Below, piece after piece: positions 9,454 to 18,100 of a DNA stretch of 51,802 nucleotides (position 1 is its first letter; every line of letters starts with the position of its first letter). The stretch comes from an uncultured Gammaproteobacteria bacterium (GTDB taxonomy: Bacteria; Pseudomonadota; Gammaproteobacteria; Arenicellales; JAANXG01): NCBI GenBank assembly GCA_945787105.1, contig CALZGZ010000040.1, positions 1-51,802 on the forward strand, written 5' to 3'. The notes under the pieces were generated by a model. The model worked only from the letters and a program-made list of their open reading frames with translations, did not search any database and was not told the origin of the DNA. The translations under genes and the position numbers were made by a program.

Positions 9454-10374
9454 ATGACATTTGCCGACCGCGAAGGTGTAATCTGGATGGACGGTGAGTT
9501 GATACCGTGGCGTGATGCAACCGTCCACGTACTCACCCATACGCTCCATTATGGTCTGGGTGTGTTCGAAGGGGTGCGCGCCTACAAGACAGACAAGGGC
9601 ACCGCCATCTTCCGACTGCAGCACCATACCGAACGTCTTTTCCGTTCCGCCCACATCATGGGGATGCGTTTGCCGTTCGACAGGGACACGTTGAACGAGG
9701 CCCAAAAACTGGTGGTACAAAAAAATGATCTAGCCAGCGCCTATATTCGGCCGATCGTTTTTTATGGCTCGGAGGGTATGGGACTGCATGCGGATAATCT
9801 TCGTGTTCATGTGGCCGTGGCCAGCTGGGAGTGGGGGGCGTATCTGGGCGATGAAGGCCTTGCCAACGGAATCCGCGTAAAGACGTCCTCATTTTCACGC
9901 CACCATGTCAACAGTACGATGTGCAAGGCTAAAGCCAATGGCCACTACTACAACTCTATTCTCGCCCTGCAAGAAGTTGCCAAAGCAGGTTACGACGAGG
10001 CGCTCTTACTGGATCTAGAAGGTTTTGTCGCCGAAGGCAGCGGTGAGAATATCTTTATCGTACGTGACGGAAAGATCTTAACTCCGGACTTAACGTCAGC
10101 ATTGGAAGGCATTACCCGCGACACTATTTTACAGTTGATTGCCGAGTTGGGCTTGGAAGTAAAAGAGAAACGCATCACCCGGGACGAGATCTATGTGGCC
10201 GATGAAGCATTCTTCACCGGGACTGCAGCGGAGGTAACACCGATCCGGGAACTGGACGACCGGGCAATTGGTCGCGGTGAACGAGGACCGATTACCGAGC
10301 AACTGCAAACCATGTATTTTGACACCGTGTATGGGCGACGCGATCAGCACCAGGATTGGCTGACCTACTTATAG
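9454..10374 (+). CDS. ilvE: Branched-chain amino-acid aminotransferase
   Basis: Class IV aminotransferase motifs GVFEGVRAY, EGSGENIF and EGITRDT. I start it at ATG 9454 (MTFADREG...) with SD aggag 9441-9445. The longer 9325 ORF overlaps glnE. Confidence 0.93.
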   Translation: MTFADREGVIWMDGELIPWRDATVHVLTHTLHYGLGVFEGVRAYKTDKGTAIFRLQHHTERLFRSAHIMGMRLPFDRDTLNEAQKLVVQKNDLASAYIRPIVFYGSEGMGLHADNLRVHVAVASWEWGAYLGDEGLANGIRVKTSSFSRHHVNSTMCKAKANGHYYNSILALQEVAKAGYDEALLLDLEGFVAEGSGENIFIVRDGKILTPDLTSALEGITRDTILQLIAELGLEVKEKRITRDEIYVADEAFFTGTAAEVTPIRELDDRAIGRGERGPITEQLQTMYFDTVYGRRDQHQDWLTYL

Positions 10375-10393
10375 CCGACCGGCATACCGAGGC

Positions 10394-11506
10394 TTGTCAC
10401 GTGCCTCCTTTATCAATATCGCACCCGTTGTGAGCACAGTCTTCGCCAATGATCGCATCCTGGTGGTCGGCCCGTCTTGGGTCGGCGACATGGTGATGGC
10501 GCAAAGCCTGTTCAAGACGTTGAAACAACAATGTCCCCAAGCGACCATCGATGTATTGGCGCCGTCTTGGTCGGCGCCGTTGCTGGAACGCATGACCGAG
10601 ATCAACGAGGTTGTGGTCGCACCGTTCCAACACCGTCGGGCTGACATACGGAAACGCTTGCAATTGGGACGGCGGTTGCGCCGCTCAAGCTATCAGTGGG
10701 CGATTCTGTTACCGAATTCCTGGAAATCCGCATTAGTGCCATTCTGGGCGCGGATTCCGCGCCGTACCGGCTATGTCGGCGAGCATCGCTGGGGATTAAT
10801 CAATGATATCCGGCGGCTGGACCGTGATCGCCTACCCATGACCATGCAACGATTCGTGGCCCTGGCTGGATCCGCCGACCAACCGCCTCCGCCCCGGGCG
10901 TCGATGCCGGTCCCCGAGTTGCTGGTCGACCCCGGCCAGGTGAGGACGGCATTGACGGCCACGCAGTTGCCGGCACCGGATCAGCCAATCCTAGTGTTGT
11001 GTCCGGGGGCAGAATTTGGTCCCGCCAAGCAATGGCCCGCGGAGCACTATGCTCAAGTTGCGCGTCGATATTTGTCTCAAGGCTGGGGGGTTTGGTTGAT
11101 GGGATCGCAGCATGACGCGCAAGCGGCGGCGCGCATTGCGGCGTTGTGCGCAGCCGAGTGTGTCAATCTCGCCGGAAGAACCAGCTTGGCACAAGCGATC
11201 GATTTGATGTCGCTCGCCAGTTTGGTGATTTCCAACGACTCAGGCTTGATGCATGTTGCCGCTGCCCTTGGCCGTCCCTTAGTCGCCGTGTACGGGTCGT
11301 CCGATCCAGCGGTGACGCCACCGTTGACGCCGAATAGCACCGTGGTCACATTGAATCTGAGTTGTAGCCCGTGCTTCAAGCGCCACTGCCCGCTGGGGCA
11401 TCTGAAATGTTTGCGCGACTTGACGCCCGACCGGGTCGCGACCGCTGCCGATCAGCTCATCACTGACGCATTTCAGGCCGCCACCACCCAGCCCATGGGC
11501 CCATGA
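10394..11506 (+). CDS. waaF: ADP-heptose:LPS heptosyltransferase II
   Basis: The GT9 N-terminus ILVVGPSWVGDMVMAQSLFKTLK matches WaaF. The start is uncertain (TTG 10394 or GTG 10430). The stop overlaps the waaC start (ATGA). Confidence 0.88.
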   Translation: MSRASFINIAPVVSTVFANDRILVVGPSWVGDMVMAQSLFKTLKQQCPQATIDVLAPSWSAPLLERMTEINEVVVAPFQHRRADIRKRLQLGRRLRRSSYQWAILLPNSWKSALVPFWARIPRRTGYVGEHRWGLINDIRRLDRDRLPMTMQRFVALAGSADQPPPPRASMPVPELLVDPGQVRTALTATQLPAPDQPILVLCPGAEFGPAKQWPAEHYAQVARRYLSQGWGVWLMGSQHDAQAAARIAALCAAECVNLAGRTSLAQAIDLMSLASLVISNDSGLMHVAAALGRPLVAVYGSSDPAVTPPLTPNSTVVTLNLSCSPCFKRHCPLGHLKCLRDLTPDRVATAADQLITDAFQAATTQPMGP

Positions 11507-12531
11507 AGGTTCTCCTCATCAAGACCAGCTCCCTTGGCGACGTGCTGCACACACTGCCTGCGTTGACGGATGCGTTTAATACGCGGCCGGACATTCGTTT
11601 TGACTGGGTGGTTGAAGAGTCATTGATGGACATACCCGGATGGCACCCGGCTGTGGATCGGACTATCGTGTTTGCCAACCGGCGCTGGCGCCGCGAACCG
11701 TGGGCGATTTTTGGGGGTGGCCGCCGGTTGTGGCGCGAGCTGCGCCGAACACACTACGACTTAGTGATTGATGCCCAAGGATTGATCAAGAGCGCGATGT
11801 TGTCAGTCATCGCCCGCGGAAGTCGTTACGGACTGGCGCGGGACAGCGCTCGTGAACCTCTCGCTGCCTGGGTGTATCATCATGGAATCAAAGTCAATCG
11901 TCATCAGCACGCCATCGATCGACTCCGGCAGCTGTTCGCTGCTGCTTTGCGGTATCCACCACCAGAATCCGATGTCGATTATGGCATTAGCCATGACCGC
12001 TTGGGACCGGCTTCGTATCCCGAGAGTGGGAACTACGTGTTGTTTCTGCATGGTACCACCTGGCCAAGCAAACATTGGCCGGAACCCTACTGGCGCGAGC
12101 TGATTCGCCTCGCCAATGATGACGATCTCATGGTTCTATTACCCTCTGGAAACGCTATGGAGAAGGCACGCGCCGAGCGGCTGGCCGCCGACAACGCTCT
12201 CGCACGGGCGTTGCCGGTGCTGGATCTGTCCGAACTCGCCAGTCTGCTCGCAGTTGCCGCCGGCGTCGTCGCCGTCGACACGGGCCTTGGCCACCTGGCC
12301 GCTGCGGTCGCCGCTCCTTGCGTGTCGATCTACGGTGCCACCGACCCGCGGCTTACCGGAACCCGGGCCTCCGAACAACATCATCTGGTCGCCGAATTTC
12401 CGTGCGCCCCGTGTTTACGCCGCCGCTGTAGCTATTCCGGGGAAGCGGCGGTCACGCCGGCATGTTACACCACCGTGCCACCTGCTAAGGTGTGGGGTAC
12501 ACTTCAGACGAGCCTTAAAAAACGCAAATAG
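11503..12531 (+). CDS. waaC: ADP-heptose:LPS heptosyltransferase I
   Basis: MKVLLIKTSSLGDVLHTLPALTDA is the canonical WaaC N-terminus. It overlaps waaF by 4 bp. Confidence 0.92.
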   Translation: MKVLLIKTSSLGDVLHTLPALTDAFNTRPDIRFDWVVEESLMDIPGWHPAVDRTIVFANRRWRREPWAIFGGGRRLWRELRRTHYDLVIDAQGLIKSAMLSVIARGSRYGLARDSAREPLAAWVYHHGIKVNRHQHAIDRLRQLFAAALRYPPPESDVDYGISHDRLGPASYPESGNYVLFLHGTTWPSKHWPEPYWRELIRLANDDDLMVLLPSGNAMEKARAERLAADNALARALPVLDLSELASLLAVAAGVVAVDTGLGHLAAAVAAPCVSIYGATDPRLTGTRASEQHHLVAEFPCAPCLRRRCSYSGEAAVTPACYTTVPPAKVWGTLQTSLKKRK

Positions 12532-12535
12532 ATCT

Positions 12536-13582
12536 ATGCAGCACACTGTATTGGTCACCGGGGGAGCCGGTTACATCGGGTCCCACACGACGCGCCAATT
12601 GCTCCATACCGGCTATCGGGTCCTGGTGGTCGATAATCTATATTCCGGCAACAAATGGGCGATTCCGGAACAGGCGGTCTTCGTAGAACTCGATGCCGGC
12701 AATCGGGAGGCGGTGGGTCGCCTCATACACGAGCACGATGTCACCGCGGTAATCCATTTCGCCGGACATATCGTGGTACCGGAGTCGGTGAGCGATCCGG
12801 CTAAGTATTACGCCAACAATGTAGCGAACTCCTTGCACCTGATCGAGGCATGCCGCGATAGCGGCGTACGGCATTTTATCTTTTCATCCAGTGCTGCCGT
12901 GTATGGCACACCTGCGAGCATACCCGTCGATGAAGAGGCCGACACCGTACCGATCAATCCATATGGTTTCTCAAAACTGGCTACCGAGTGGATGCTGCAA
13001 GATCTTACCAACAGCGACCGCATCAACAATAAGCCGGCCAGTCAATGCTTCAATCACGTGGCGTTACGCTATTTCAATGTTGCTGGCGCAGCATTGGATG
13101 GTTCACTCGGTCAGGCGACACCAGATGCCACGCATCTGATCAAGGTGGCCTGTGAGGCCGCTTGTGGCAAGCGCGACCAAATCGCCATTTTCGGCACCGA
13201 TTATGACACCGAGGACGGGACGTGCATACGCGATTACATTCACGTAGAAGACCTCGCTCGCGCCCATGTGATGGCACTTCGCTATCTGCTTAGTGGCGGT
13301 GAATCTCAAACATTGAACTGCGGCTACGGACATGGATTCAGTGTGCGCGAGGTATTGGGTATGGTACAAAAGGTGAGCAAGAAACGATTCGCTGTAGTAG
13401 AGGCGAAGCGTCGACCCGGTGATCCGCCGGCACTCGTCGCAGAGAAGACGAAGATACATGAGGTCCTGGGCTGGATTCCCGAGTATGACGATCTCAAAAT
13501 GATATGCGAGAGCGCATACAAGTGGGAGCACAAGCTGGAGCAGTTGCACCGAAAACCTGGGATGGAAACCAAAGCGGGTTAA
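12536..13582 (+). CDS. galE: UDP-glucose (or UDP-GlcNAc) 4-epimerase
   Basis: Rossmann motif VTGGAGYIGSHT and SDR catalytic YGFSK (YxxxK). ATG 12536 gives 348 aa. The ORF-track extension to 12116 overlaps waaC out of frame. Confidence 0.88.
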   Translation: MQHTVLVTGGAGYIGSHTTRQLLHTGYRVLVVDNLYSGNKWAIPEQAVFVELDAGNREAVGRLIHEHDVTAVIHFAGHIVVPESVSDPAKYYANNVANSLHLIEACRDSGVRHFIFSSSAAVYGTPASIPVDEEADTVPINPYGFSKLATEWMLQDLTNSDRINNKPASQCFNHVALRYFNVAGAALDGSLGQATPDATHLIKVACEAACGKRDQIAIFGTDYDTEDGTCIRDYIHVEDLARAHVMALRYLLSGGESQTLNCGYGHGFSVREVLGMVQKVSKKRFAVVEAKRRPGDPPALVAEKTKIHEVLGWIPEYDDLKMICESAYKWEHKLEQLHRKPGMETKAG

Positions 13583-13586
13583 CGCC

Positions 13587-15626
13587 ATGCGTTTTGCTTT
13601 TTGTGCGTACAAAATTTTTCCCTACGGCGGGCTTTCACGGGATATGCTGCGGGTCATAGATGAATGCCAACGTCGGGGACACGAGCTAGTCGTCTACTGT
13701 AGTGAATGGCAGGGTCCGCTTCTGAACGAAGTGGAGGTTCGGATTCTCCGCTGTCACGGCTTAACAAATCACACACGGGCGGCAGCATTTCACCGTCGGT
13801 TGCAAAAGCATCTCGCGGGCGAACAGTTCGACGCCATAATCGGATTCAACAAGATGCCCGGTTTAGACATTTACTACGCCGCGGATTACTGCTACGTCGG
13901 CCGGGCAATATCGCGACATCGCGTAATGTATCTTCTAACCTCACGTTATCGGTACTACGGTAAGTTCGAACGTGCGGTGTTCGGCGTGGACAGCAATACC
14001 AAGATCCTGTGTCTTTCAGAGCGCGAAAAATCCATTTATCAACAGTTCTACCAAACCCCCGATAACCGCCTGAGTATGCTGCCCGCAAATTTGGATAAAC
14101 AGAGACTCACCGAAGGCTGTGCGCGAACGGTAAGTAGAGTCCGTAGTACGCAAGGCGTGCCAGATGGTTCGTGTATGCTGTTATTTGTCGGTTCCGGTTT
14201 TAAAACCAAGGGGCTGGATCGCACCATTCGCGCGTTGGCGGCGTTGCCAGAAGAGATGTTGGTGAAAGCATTCTTAATGGTGGTTGGACAGGACAACGCC
14301 AAACCGTTCCGACGGCTAGCTCGGCGACTCGGGATATTGGACAGGGTGCATTTCCTGGGCGGCCGCTCCGATGTCCCGGAACTGCTCCACGCCAGTGATC
14401 TGCTCATTCATCCAGCTTACAACGAAAACTCCGGGATGATCTTGCTGGAAGCAATCACCGCCGGACTGCCGGTGTTGACCACTGACGCATGCGGTTATGC
14501 GTCGCACATCGAGTGCGCCCGGGCCGGTCGGGTTTTGCGGTCACCCTTTGTTCAGGAGGCCCTGAACCGCGAGCTGGCGAGGATGTTAGTCAGCGATGAG
14601 CGTGAGAACTGGCGACGGAATGGACTTGCGTATCGAGCCAATCCGAATCTTTACGGCATGCCTACCTACGCAGTAGACAAGATAGAACAATGGGCGCGGG
14701 AGAAAAACGTCGCACCCCGACCCCAGCCAACAAGGCGCCCCCGTGGGCCGACTTTGTTGTGGCTCCGGCAGGATTTTCAAGAGGCGTTAGAGCCACATTG
14801 CACGTTTGACGATGTAATGACGATTTCCGGTGACGTATATCGCGAGGCACCAGGGCGAAGAACCTTACGCTTCACAAGAAACGGAAAAGCGTACTTCCTA
14901 AAAGCCCATAGCGGCGTCGGGTGGCGCGAGATCTCGAAAAACTTGCTTTACCTCCGGACGCCGGTAATCGGGGCACGAAACGAGTGGCACGGGATTCACT
15001 TACTGCGCCGACTTGGTATCGATACCCTGTGCGTCGTCGCCTACGGCCTCTCGGGTCGAAATCCCGCCCGGCGGCGCTCATTCATCGTCACCGAGGAAGT
15101 CCCTGCAACCATCACTGTGGAGGAATATTGTGGCCAGTGGAACACAAGTCCGCCTACAACACACGCACGTATCCGCTTCAAAAGATGGCTGATTGAAAAA
15201 ACAGCGGAGATCGCGCGAACCCTACACCGTAACGGTGCCAATCACCGTGATTTCTACCTATGCCATTTCCTGTTGAAAATCGACGGTCCCTTAGATAACC
15301 CGGTACCAGAAAAAACCGCCATCTACGTAATCGATTTGCATCGTATGCAGCTGCGACGGCGCACACCGACGCGTTGGTTGGTCAAGGATATTGCCAGTTT
15401 GTATTACTCTGGCATGAACATTGGTTTGACACAGAGAGACTTGTTTAGATTCATGAAAGTCTACGACGATAGATCATTGCGCGAAATATTCGCCAATAGA
15501 TACCAGTTCTGGCGTCGCGTGGCGAATCGGGCTTTACACTTACACAACAGTGAGAGACGCAAGATGCGAATACCAGACTCTTCTGTTGAGAGACAAACTG
15601 CGGTATCCACGACAATCCCTCACTGA
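13587..15626 (+). CDS. waaG/waaP: Fusion protein: LPS core alpha-1,3-glucosyltransferase WaaG (aa 1-370) + LPS heptose kinase WaaP (aa ~390-660)
   Basis: The N-half matches WaaG (YKIFPYGGLSRD, GFNKMPGLDIYYAAD, GSGFKTKGLDR, LIHPAYNENSG). The C-half matches WaaP (VYREAPGRRTLRF, GWREISKNLL, SFIVTEE, NHRDFYLCHFLL, VIDLHR). A Pro/Arg linker REKNVAPRPQPTRRPRGPT joins them in one uninterrupted frame. Confidence 0.9.
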   Translation: MRFAFCAYKIFPYGGLSRDMLRVIDECQRRGHELVVYCSEWQGPLLNEVEVRILRCHGLTNHTRAAAFHRRLQKHLAGEQFDAIIGFNKMPGLDIYYAADYCYVGRAISRHRVMYLLTSRYRYYGKFERAVFGVDSNTKILCLSEREKSIYQQFYQTPDNRLSMLPANLDKQRLTEGCARTVSRVRSTQGVPDGSCMLLFVGSGFKTKGLDRTIRALAALPEEMLVKAFLMVVGQDNAKPFRRLARRLGILDRVHFLGGRSDVPELLHASDLLIHPAYNENSGMILLEAITAGLPVLTTDACGYASHIECARAGRVLRSPFVQEALNRELARMLVSDERENWRRNGLAYRANPNLYGMPTYAVDKIEQWAREKNVAPRPQPTRRPRGPTLLWLRQDFQEALEPHCTFDDVMTISGDVYREAPGRRTLRFTRNGKAYFLKAHSGVGWREISKNLLYLRTPVIGARNEWHGIHLLRRLGIDTLCVVAYGLSGRNPARRRSFIVTEEVPATITVEEYCGQWNTSPPTTHARIRFKRWLIEKTAEIARTLHRNGANHRDFYLCHFLLKIDGPLDNPVPEKTAIYVIDLHRMQLRRRTPTRWLVKDIASLYYSGMNIGLTQRDLFRFMKVYDDRSLREIFANRYQFWRRVANRALHLHNSERRKMRIPDSSVERQTAVSTTIPH

Positions 15627-15688
15627 GTCATGTTTCGGTTACACCGCTTTACAACCGCACGCCTAGAGCTCGACTGTAAAAATATCCA

Positions 15689-15752
15689 GCCCGCATATTG
15701 CACCACGGCGTTCCGCCACCATCATCCGGGATCCTTAGTGCAACACATGCGC
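15689..15752 (+). repeat. Internally deleted derivative (~64 bp) of the MITE-like family, copy D
   Basis: gcccgcatattgcaccacgg ... ccatcatccgggatccttagtgcaacacatgcgc contains left-TIR and right-arm/right-TIR sequences of the family joined without the core. Confidence 0.7.
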
Positions 15753-15765
15753 TCGCAGTGATGTC

Positions 15766-16449
15766 GTGATCATAAGAAGTCGCTTCACACAGCTTACGGT
15801 CTATCACGAACAGTATGACTCGCCCTTGCTGCAGTCGATACTCATGAGCCCCGACGCCTATCTGGTCGACACGGGTTACCAGAAACTTTATAAGCATGAT
15901 CGCACAACTAGCGTCGTTCTGGTGGCAGGTGACAATCAGAAGTTCGTCATTAAACGCTATAACACAAAGGATCTATGGCATATTATACGGCGCTCCGTGC
16001 GCTCCAGCCGGGCCGCCATATGTTGGCGGCGCGCCTACCGATTTATGGACATTGGTATCACTACCGCCCCTCCAGTAGCGATGATCGAAAAAAGGTTCGG
16101 GCCGTTGCGGGGACGTTCTTATTACATCACCGAACACGTCAACGGCACCCTCTGTATCGATTATCTGAGCGACATCGCCGACGCCGATCATGTCATCGGC
16201 GGCATCAAAAGGATCTTCTCCAACATGCTGGCGCACCACGTCAGCCACGGTGACATGAAGGCCGCCAACTTACTGGTAACCAACAAGCAGGTTGTCTTAT
16301 TGGATTTAGATGCAGCTAAGGAACATAAAACAGTGTCCCGGGCCGCGCGTGCCTATCGGCGCGACAGATCACGGTTTCTGCGCAACTGGAACCCACAGTC
16401 CAGTCTACACCTACGCCTGGACAAGGAGATTCCGAACCTTGAGGATTAA
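15766..16449 (+). CDS. Lipopolysaccharide kinase (Kdo/WaaP) family protein, second paralogue
   Basis: 227 aa with a protein-kinase-like core: FVIKRY (Lys), SHGDMKAANLL (catalytic loop) and LLDLDAAK (metal-binding Asp). It has a GTG start and lies directly downstream of waaG/waaP. Confidence 0.75.
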   Translation: MIIRSRFTQLTVYHEQYDSPLLQSILMSPDAYLVDTGYQKLYKHDRTTSVVLVAGDNQKFVIKRYNTKDLWHIIRRSVRSSRAAICWRRAYRFMDIGITTAPPVAMIEKRFGPLRGRSYYITEHVNGTLCIDYLSDIADADHVIGGIKRIFSNMLAHHVSHGDMKAANLLVTNKQVVLLDLDAAKEHKTVSRAARAYRRDRSRFLRNWNPQSSLHLRLDKEIPNLED

Positions 16450-16461
16450 CGTGACGAACAT

Positions 16462-18003
16462 TCACGAAGCGCCGCTGGTAGTTTTGAACACCAGCACGCG
16501 ATCGCCTTTTCGGTTCTGAAACGTCTTAACCGGACGCAGTCCCAGTTTGCTCACCAACCGCCGCTCATGATCCGATCGTTTGCCGCTGATTTGCACCGCA
16601 AGGTAATCGTAATCTTTCCAACCACCGCCCCACACAGTTCGCATGGTCTCGGTCCAATCATATTTAGCGCCATCCCGATACGCTGGCTTTCCTGAGTAGT
16701 AAATCAACGCTCGATTATTACTGTAGAGCTTTTCGTTGGTAGTGCTGTGTGCCGCAACCCAGCGGCCGGCAGCTTTAAGGTACCGCTTATCCGTGAACCG
16801 GTCCAAGCCTTTTACGCCAACGGCAAGGCAGATCACCGCCAACACGGGAAATACCCAGCGATTTACGGACGTCATGCCAGGCCGTTGCTCGCGCCAACCA
16901 CGGTAAAAATACGCAAGGCTAAACGGTACGGCAAGCAACACGGTCAACACCAACCCTAAGGTGTAGCGCCCGGTCAAAAATAGCTTAGTCAGCGTGAATA
17001 TGGTTAGGATCAATAGATTGACTAAAATCAACGCCGCCCACAGCGGGCGCAACGCCATGTTTGGAAAGGCTAAGTTGCGCCACACTGCGTGTACCCCCAA
17101 GAACGCATACACAATAACGAGCTTTCGTAAGACTTCAACAACGACAATGGTGATCAGCGTCAACATAAATACGACATAGGCGTACTTACCCGAGAATTCT
17201 CCTAGAAACTCTTGCCGCAAAGCGTGCAATTTGAACCACAACTCGGAACCGATCCGCTCCCACGCCAGGGCCACACTAGAAAGCGGATGCGACAAAACTT
17301 TGGTTTGTTCGGCACCCAACTCAGAACTCAACGTCCACAACGAGAAAACGCTGAACAACAATATTCCTAGCAAGATCAATATAACTGACGCGCTCAAACG
17401 ATAAACGGTTGAGTCTCGAAACCGATGAGCCAACATAATAGCGGGCATGAAAAGTAGAAATGCCACACCTTCAATTCGAAACAGGAACGCCGTGAGCGTG
17501 CATACCAACCACGCCAAGATTGCCTTGCTCTTGGGGTTTTGCCAGTAGCGAAATAAAAACACTAAAGACCAGATGTAGAATGCCAGATATCCAGTGTCCC
17601 GAATGACATAAGATCGGTACTTGTTCAATCCCGGCAACAGCAGTATCAGCAATGCGGCGAACACCACCACGCGGCGATCGCCCCCTAGCTCCACAACGGC
17701 GGCCATAAATCCCACCACCAATAACACATACAAGCCGGTGTTCACCGCGTGAGCGGAGATCTCGACATTAAGACCCGTCAACTTGCTGGTTGCGGCAATC
17801 AGCATCGAATAAAACGGCCAATGATGAATGGCTATGGCGTCCTGCCATTGTCCATTCAACAGCCGTTCTGCGACTCTGAAGTATTGGATGCCGTCGTTGT
17901 TAACGATCGGATCAATATAAACGCACCAAACAGAAAGCAGAACGCTGACCAAAGCGCTCCAAAATACCACTGAGAAATGTTTATGCAAGAATCGAGAAGA
18001 CAT
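16462..18003 (-). CDS. Glycosyltransferase family 39/83-like (ArnT/PMT-type) integral membrane protein
   Basis: 513 aa with about 11 hydrophobic spans and an N-terminal region (NNDGIQYFRVAERLL...WPFYSMLIA) like ArnT/PMT_2 enzymes. It is noticeably AT-rich relative to its neighbours. Confidence 0.65.
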   Translation of the reverse strand: MSSRFLHKHFSVVFWSALVSVLLSVWCVYIDPIVNNDGIQYFRVAERLLNGQWQDAIAIHHWPFYSMLIAATSKLTGLNVEISAHAVNTGLYVLLVVGFMAAVVELGGDRRVVVFAALLILLLPGLNKYRSYVIRDTGYLAFYIWSLVFLFRYWQNPKSKAILAWLVCTLTAFLFRIEGVAFLLFMPAIMLAHRFRDSTVYRLSASVILILLGILLFSVFSLWTLSSELGAEQTKVLSHPLSSVALAWERIGSELWFKLHALRQEFLGEFSGKYAYVVFMLTLITIVVVEVLRKLVIVYAFLGVHAVWRNLAFPNMALRPLWAALILVNLLILTIFTLTKLFLTGRYTLGLVLTVLLAVPFSLAYFYRGWREQRPGMTSVNRWVFPVLAVICLAVGVKGLDRFTDKRYLKAAGRWVAAHSTTNEKLYSNNRALIYYSGKPAYRDGAKYDWTETMRTVWGGGWKDYDYLAVQISGKRSDHERRLVSKLGLRPVKTFQNRKGDRVLVFKTTSGAS

Positions 18004-18014
18004 CGATGTGCGTC

Positions 18015-18044
18015 ATCGCTGCCGGTTAATACACCGGCAGCGAT
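18015..18044. promoter_or_regulatory. Perfect 12-bp inverted repeat in the divergent GT39/creatininase promoter region
   Basis: atcgctgccggt-taatac-accggcagcgat. No 3' U-run on either strand, so it is not a terminator. A TATAAT hexamer lies at 18088-18093. Confidence 0.4.
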
Positions 18045-18100
18045 CAAAAAGACAAACGTTAACGTAACAGGTCAATTTCCGCGCTTGTATAATAGCGACT

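Noticed and set aside
12116-12535. 140-aa N-terminal extension of the galE ORF, and similar extensions of the phoX (30784-30969), glmS (48902-48970), glmU, ilvE, engB and trxA ORFs.
   Set aside because: The extensions overlap the preceding gene out of frame and lack homology to the family N-termini. Internal ATGs give canonical N-termini such as MQHTVLVTGGAGYIG and MCGIVG.
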